A stretch of DNA of 64,000 nucleotides from Cyanobacteriota bacterium (GTDB taxonomy: Bacteria > Cyanobacteriota > Cyanobacteriia > Thermostichales > Thermostichaceae), in contig JANRIL010000023.1 of assembly GCA_033764955.1 (NCBI GenBank), forward strand, positions 1-64,000, written 5' to 3'. Positions 59,494-64,000 of the stretch are shown here, piece after piece. Positions within the stretch are counted from its first letter, which is position 1. The number at the start of each line of letters is the position of its first letter. A model generated the notes under the pieces. The model did not search any database. It was given only the letters and a program-made list of their open reading frames with translations, and was not told the DNA's origin. The position numbers were made by a program, and so were the translations under genes.

Positions 59494-60266
59494 AGCGTGC
59501 CCGACAAAATGGGGGATCCCTTTTGATCGAGGCTATCCGTTGTGGCATTGGCCGTGATCCATACCCGTTCTCCCTTGGCTCCAGCCGGAAAAGGGGACTC
59601 AGGCCGCAGTAGGGTTAAGACCTGCCCGCCTTCATCCACCCGAAACTCACCACAATAAACGGTGTTGCCGTTATCCAAGGTCACCCACAGCCGATAAACC
59701 TGTTGTTCCGTCAGGGGGGGTAAATCCGTCAACGCCACCACCATCTCTCGCCACTGTGGGGTAAAAAACACACTGCCCTGGGAAGGGCTGCTCGTTGCCG
59801 GCGTAGTCAACGCCACTACCTTCAGATCGGATCGCTGCCAAAAAGCCGAAAGATCCTGAGGAGCGGGGGAGGAGGAGGAGGACTCTTGAGCCAGTTGGAG
59901 AGACTGGCGTAACCGCCAATTATCTAACCCTAAGAGGGCAGCAAGGAGAGCAGATGCCGCGACTAGCCACGGGATCCAGGACGGCCTCTTCGCCAAACTA
60001 GCTTGAGAAAGCCGCTGAGGTTCGGCCACTGCTTGGGGGAAGACCTGACGCAACACCTGCTGACGCAGATGCTGGGGAGGGGGGGAGGGGGGCAAGCCAT
60101 AGGGCAGAAGGGCCAAGGCTTCCTGCAAAATAGCCATCTCACGGGTCAAGTCAGGATGAGCGGCCAGCAGGGCTTCCACAGCTTGTGCCTCCTCTGGCGA
60201 TAGGTCTCCCAATACATACCCCGCCAATAAGCTGTCGGTGGTTTCGGGAGAAGGAAAATCAGTCAT
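59490..60266 (-). CDS. Anti-sigma factor, RskA-like
   Basis: LLAGYVLGDLSPEE, one TM, LPPLTEQQVYRLW; directly downstream of the ECF sigma. Confidence 0.88.
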   Translation of the reverse strand: MTDFPSPETTDSLLAGYVLGDLSPEEAQAVEALLAAHPDLTREMAILQEALALLPYGLPPSPPPQHLRQQVLRQVFPQAVAEPQRLSQASLAKRPSWIPWLVAASALLAALLGLDNWRLRQSLQLAQESSSSSPAPQDLSAFWQRSDLKVVALTTPATSSPSQGSVFFTPQWREMVVALTDLPPLTEQQVYRLWVTLDNGNTVYCGEFRVDEGGQVLTLLRPESPFPAGAKGERVWITANATTDSLDQKGSPILSGTL

Positions 60267-60281
60267 GCTTATCTCCCCCAG

Positions 60282-60884
60282 TTATCCCACAAGATTTTTT
60301 AACAATTGCCGCAGTTTGATCAGCCCCTGCCGCGAACGGGTTTTGACCGTACCCAAAGGAATATCTAGCTGTTGGGCAACTTCCGACTGGCTGAGTCCAG
60401 CGAAATAGAGCAATTCTAAAATTTGTCGCTGTGCTAGAGGGATCTCGGCCATGGCCTGCTGAACCCGTTCCCGCCGCTCCTGGGAGGCCACCTGCTCAAA
60501 GGGCAAGGCTCCACTCCACTCCCCGGTCATGGTTTGCTGCCAGCGATCCAGAAAACGTTGGCCACTCTGACGGGAACGCAGTTTATCGATAGCACGCGAA
60601 CGGGTCAACATACAGAGATAGCTACTCAAAGAGCCACGCGCTGGATTATAGGTTTGTTTCTGCCAGAAAGTAACAAAAATCTCCTGGGTTAAATCCTCCG
60701 CTTCGCTGGGTTGCCCTAATATTCTTAAAGCTAAGCTATAGACCAATCCTGCATAGCGATCATAAAGAGTAGTCAGGGCAGCAGCCTGACCGGATCGCAA
60801 CGCCGCTACCAAGTCAGCATCCGTAGCCGCGACTCGATCGGCTCCACGAAACCGTGCGGATTCAGGCTCACCCAAGGATCCCAT
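60282..60884 (-). CDS. ECF sigma-70 factor (SigK-like)
   Basis: LYDRY, EAEDLTQEIF, RSRAIDKLR, GLSQSEVA, PLGTVKTR. Confidence 0.93.
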   Translation of the reverse strand: MGSLGEPESARFRGADRVAATDADLVAALRSGQAAALTTLYDRYAGLVYSLALRILGQPSEAEDLTQEIFVTFWQKQTYNPARGSLSSYLCMLTRSRAIDKLRSRQSGQRFLDRWQQTMTGEWSGALPFEQVASQERRERVQQAMAEIPLAQRQILELLYFAGLSQSEVAQQLDIPLGTVKTRSRQGLIKLRQLLKNLVG

Positions 60885-61116
60885 AATTGTTTGAACCCAT
60901 CTCTCTCACCCTGTTGATGGCTCAGGGGATGACGTTGTTCCGATTATTCTCCTCTATAGGTTAGCCTCTGGCCAAGCTTCACCCTCCTCAGGCAGGCAAG
61001 CAGGCTTAGGCAAGAAGGTTATCGAATCATGGCAACTCCTCCCCTTTTGACATTGGTTAGCTTGGGCGCTAGCTTTTACTGGTTGCTGGGAGCATTCCCT
61101 ATCAAGGAATACGCGG

Positions 61117-62484
61117 TCAATTGCCAAACGGATTAGGAGTGCCCCATAAAGCCATCAAATCATCCAGTTCGCGGTAATCGGGGAGTGAGGTATCAATCGG
61201 TTTACCGCGGCGCAACACGAGGCGGTCATGTTGGGAGCGGGAGAGTAGTTCGCTAAAGCCACGCCCTTTGAATAGCACCAAATCCGCCGAACAGCCCACG
61301 CCAATTTGACCCGTATCCCCCAGATTCATCAGGTGAGCAGGAGTTTTGGTGATGGCTTGAGGCCACTGACCATAGGGGGTATCCAAATGACCAATCCGTA
61401 CTGCCTGCGTAAACACCTCTAACCCATCGTGATCGCCAAAACCATAAAAAGGATCCCGACAATTGTCACTGGCAACGGCCACCGGGATGCCAGCGCTGTG
61501 TAATTCCTGGATCAGGGTAATGCCTCGCCAGCGGGGGGTACGCTGGGGCTGGCGATCCTGCAAAAACAGATTACACATCGGCAGGCTGACAATACCGATT
61601 CCTGCCGTTTTGACCAGTTGCAAGGTTTTCTGGACTTCGGCCTCCGGCTGCACTGCCAAGCTGCAACAGTGACCACACACCACCCGTCCCGCAAAGTTAT
61701 GGCGCAGGACAGCGGCAGCCACATGGCGGAGGGTTTGTGCTTGGGGATCCCCACTTTCATCACAGTGAAAATCCAGATCCAGTCCTCGCTCTTGGGCGAG
61801 ATCAAACACCCGATCCAAGTGTCTATCCAGATCGGGGCCAGGCTGCGTAACCCCCCCCAGCAACCCATTCAGATCCGCTACACGGTCAGCCAGATGCTCC
61901 CCAGCAGGGGTCATAAAGGAGTCCAGATAGAGAATTGTCACCGCCTGTAGAGTCAAGCGGCCTGCCCATTCCTTTTGCAGGTGGGCAAAAATCTCCAGGT
62001 TGGCGATGGTTTGGGGAGAGGAGCAAGAGATATGGGTACGAATGGCCTGCGTACCGTGGGCATAGCTACATTTCAGACCAAACTCCAGGCGTCGCCGCAC
62101 ATCCTCCTGAAAGCGTTTGGGATCCCCCTGATAAACCTGTGCCATCCGCTCCCAGTCGGCCTGAGCCGCCGTAGCCGCCCCCGCAAAAGTCCCGTCTGGA
62201 TTGGGGGTGCGCGACCAAACATGGCCTTTGTCCAGATGCGTATGCATATCCACAAAACACGGCCACACCTGCCCCCCCCGCCAATTGACCACCGGGATCC
62301 CCGATTGGGAGTGCTCACCAGCGGGCAACACCTGAATAATCAGGCCATCCCGAATGCAGAGATCCACCGCCACCAAACCATCGGGCTGGGATCCCTGAAG
62401 CAGGCGAGTGTCGTTGGTGGTCAGCAGGGATTGGGGAACGTGAGCATTGGCAAGCCAATAGCAAGGAACATCCGGGATGGTCAT
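61117..62484 (-). CDS. codA: Cytosine deaminase (amidohydrolase)
   Basis: DMHTHLDKGH, HGTQAIRTH, DFHCDE, GHCCSL, SDNCRDPF. Confidence 0.88.
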   Translation of the reverse strand: MTIPDVPCYWLANAHVPQSLLTTNDTRLLQGSQPDGLVAVDLCIRDGLIIQVLPAGEHSQSGIPVVNWRGGQVWPCFVDMHTHLDKGHVWSRTPNPDGTFAGAATAAQADWERMAQVYQGDPKRFQEDVRRRLEFGLKCSYAHGTQAIRTHISCSSPQTIANLEIFAHLQKEWAGRLTLQAVTILYLDSFMTPAGEHLADRVADLNGLLGGVTQPGPDLDRHLDRVFDLAQERGLDLDFHCDESGDPQAQTLRHVAAAVLRHNFAGRVVCGHCCSLAVQPEAEVQKTLQLVKTAGIGIVSLPMCNLFLQDRQPQRTPRWRGITLIQELHSAGIPVAVASDNCRDPFYGFGDHDGLEVFTQAVRIGHLDTPYGQWPQAITKTPAHLMNLGDTGQIGVGCSADLVLFKGRGFSELLSRSQHDRLVLRRGKPIDTSLPDYRELDDLMALWGTPNPFGN

Positions 62485-62543
62485 GGGCAGGTTTATCGAG
62501 AAAGCTTAATCCATAAATCTTAATGATTTTAAGGGAAGTGTTT

Positions 62544-63980
62544 CTAGGAACGCAAAAAACCAGGCAAGTCGATGCCCCGTTGAGTGATGCGGCGGGGCAC
62601 CCGTTGGGGAGGGGGGGCTGGCGGCTTATGGGTGAGGGTGGGTTCAACCGATTCTTTGGTGGGGGAACGCTCCAAAGCCAGCTTGAGGCGGAGATGGTGT
62701 TGTTGTTGCTCGGTGATCTTTTCTTTGAGGATCTGAATCTCCGCCTCCATCTGGGATTGATATCCAGTTTGTCGTTCCAGATCGGCGGATTGCTGGCTGA
62801 GTTCTTGGGCTAACCGACTATTTTCCTGTTCTAGGTGTTTGACTTGGGATTGGGCAGAGAGCAACTCCGGTAGCAGGGTTTGGTATTCGGTCACCTGCGC
62901 TTGCAGGGAAGCCAGTTGCGCTAGCATCTCTGGCGAGGGATCCCCGGCCTGCTCCCCATCTTCTGCATGATTCGGAGTGAGAGGGTGCGGAAGGTTGAGT
63001 TGTTCATAATGGCTGAGGCGCTGGTTGAGATCGGCAATCTGAGCTTGCGCCTGCCAGAGAGTCGTCTGCCATTCCTGCTTTTGTTCCTGCCAACGCTGTT
63101 CAATCTCACTTTCGGTTTCGGCATATCCAGCAAGACGAGCTTCCAAATGTTCCCGTTGCTCCAGCCAGGCTGCCTGTTGATTGGCATGGAGACTTTTCAG
63201 TTGACTAAGTTCCTGTTGAGTTTCGGCAATTTGGGTACGGGCTAAGGAGAGTTCAGCCTTGAAGCGTTGCAGCATATCTACCCGTTTTTGAGCCAGATCT
63301 TGCGCTTCAATCAGCGCAACCTGAGTTTCTTGCTGACGAGTCTCCCATTGACGGCGCTCTTGAGCCATCGCCAGTTGTTGTTGTTGCAGTTGTTCTTGCA
63401 GGGTTTCAATATCCTGCCGCTGCCGTTCGTTGAGTTTTTGCCGAGCGGCCACTTGAGATTCGAGATCACTCACCTTCAGAAGCAGTTGGTGATGGTCTGT
63501 GCGATGGGTTTGCAGGTGAGCTTCTGCCTGAGCCAACGTTTGTAATTTTTGCTCTTGACTGGCCAGTTGTTGCTCTAGAATTTGAACTTGAGCCTGCAAC
63601 TGGTCAATGGCTTGCTCCCGCAGGGCTACGGTGGCGACCAGATCGGCGGACTGGCTGGCCTGCTGCATCTCAAATTGTTCTCGGCGTTTTTGGGCAGCAA
63701 TTTCGTGTTGGGAGAGGGTTTGTCTCAGGTGGGTTACTTCCTGCGTCAGATGTTCACAGGTTTGCTGCCGTTCCTGCAATTGTGCTTCCAGCTTCAGGAG
63801 GCGCGCCTCCAATCGTTGCCGCTGTTGAATGGCTGTCTCCAACTGGCTGTGCAGATCAACATCGGATTGGGCATCGGGTTGTGAAGCAGGAGAACTAGCC
63901 ATGCATGGCCCTTGGGTAGGAGAAGAGGAACTAAGCGGTAAATTTCCTTGCAGTATAGTGATATTTTCCGCTGGTCTCAA
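62544..63980 (-). CDS. Long coiled-coil protein with C-terminal IDLPGFLRS tail
   Basis: Gln/Glu/Leu heptad-rich sequence; start uncertain (TTG 63980 or ATG 63902). Confidence 0.75.
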   Translation of the reverse strand: MRPAENITILQGNLPLSSSSPTQGPCMASSPASQPDAQSDVDLHSQLETAIQQRQRLEARLLKLEAQLQERQQTCEHLTQEVTHLRQTLSQHEIAAQKRREQFEMQQASQSADLVATVALREQAIDQLQAQVQILEQQLASQEQKLQTLAQAEAHLQTHRTDHHQLLLKVSDLESQVAARQKLNERQRQDIETLQEQLQQQQLAMAQERRQWETRQQETQVALIEAQDLAQKRVDMLQRFKAELSLARTQIAETQQELSQLKSLHANQQAAWLEQREHLEARLAGYAETESEIEQRWQEQKQEWQTTLWQAQAQIADLNQRLSHYEQLNLPHPLTPNHAEDGEQAGDPSPEMLAQLASLQAQVTEYQTLLPELLSAQSQVKHLEQENSRLAQELSQQSADLERQTGYQSQMEAEIQILKEKITEQQQHHLRLKLALERSPTKESVEPTLTHKPPAPPPQRVPRRITQRGIDLPGFLRS

Positions 63981-64000
63981 GGGGAGGGTGGGATCCGCCA

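Larger units (their letters stand above)
166..62396. repeat. Highly iterated palindrome GGGATCCC dispersed through the window
   Basis: Dozens of copies in genes and intergenic DNA, e.g. 166-173, 213-220, 413-420, three within 16740-16795, 48856-48863, 51052-51059. Confidence 0.9.

Noticed and set aside
1..64000. CRISPR arrays, tRNA/rRNA genes, transposases, integrases
   Set aside because: None recognised by eye on either strand

Overview
Cyanobacterial chromosomal window. It is saturated with the palindrome GGGATCCC instead of canonical HIP1 GCGATCGC, which points to a Thermostichus/hot-spring Synechococcus-like lineage. Most of it is housekeeping and metabolic genes: hdrB-like 3' end, purE, sua5, ispF, ureA, accD, prs, a flavodiiron protein, the complete nirA-nrtABCD-narB operon with NtcA and NtcB-type boxes, recN, ArsA/Get3, cobO, cobH, nnr, an ECF sigma/anti-sigma pair and codA. 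Five parts stand out. (1) An AT-richer overlapping gene pair, a J-domain protein plus an antirepressor-like/HNH nuclease, lies directly behind a decayed 3' fragment of era. This is the best candidate for an undescribed system. (2) A three-gene relay couples a 1866-aa hybrid kinase with two DXCF cyanobacteriochrome GAFs to a REC-kinase and a REC-degenerate GGDEF-EAL protein. (3) Two tandem Uma2 genes are near-identical except for one hypervariable block of about 60 bp. (4) An intergenic region holds a 6S-like RNA candidate, an NtcA-overlapped promoter and a structured leader in front of a DUF4278/PirA-like gene. (5) A response regulator has a pseudo-DHp and a C-terminal HTH-like domain. All family assignments come from motif recognition by eye; no database searches were run.
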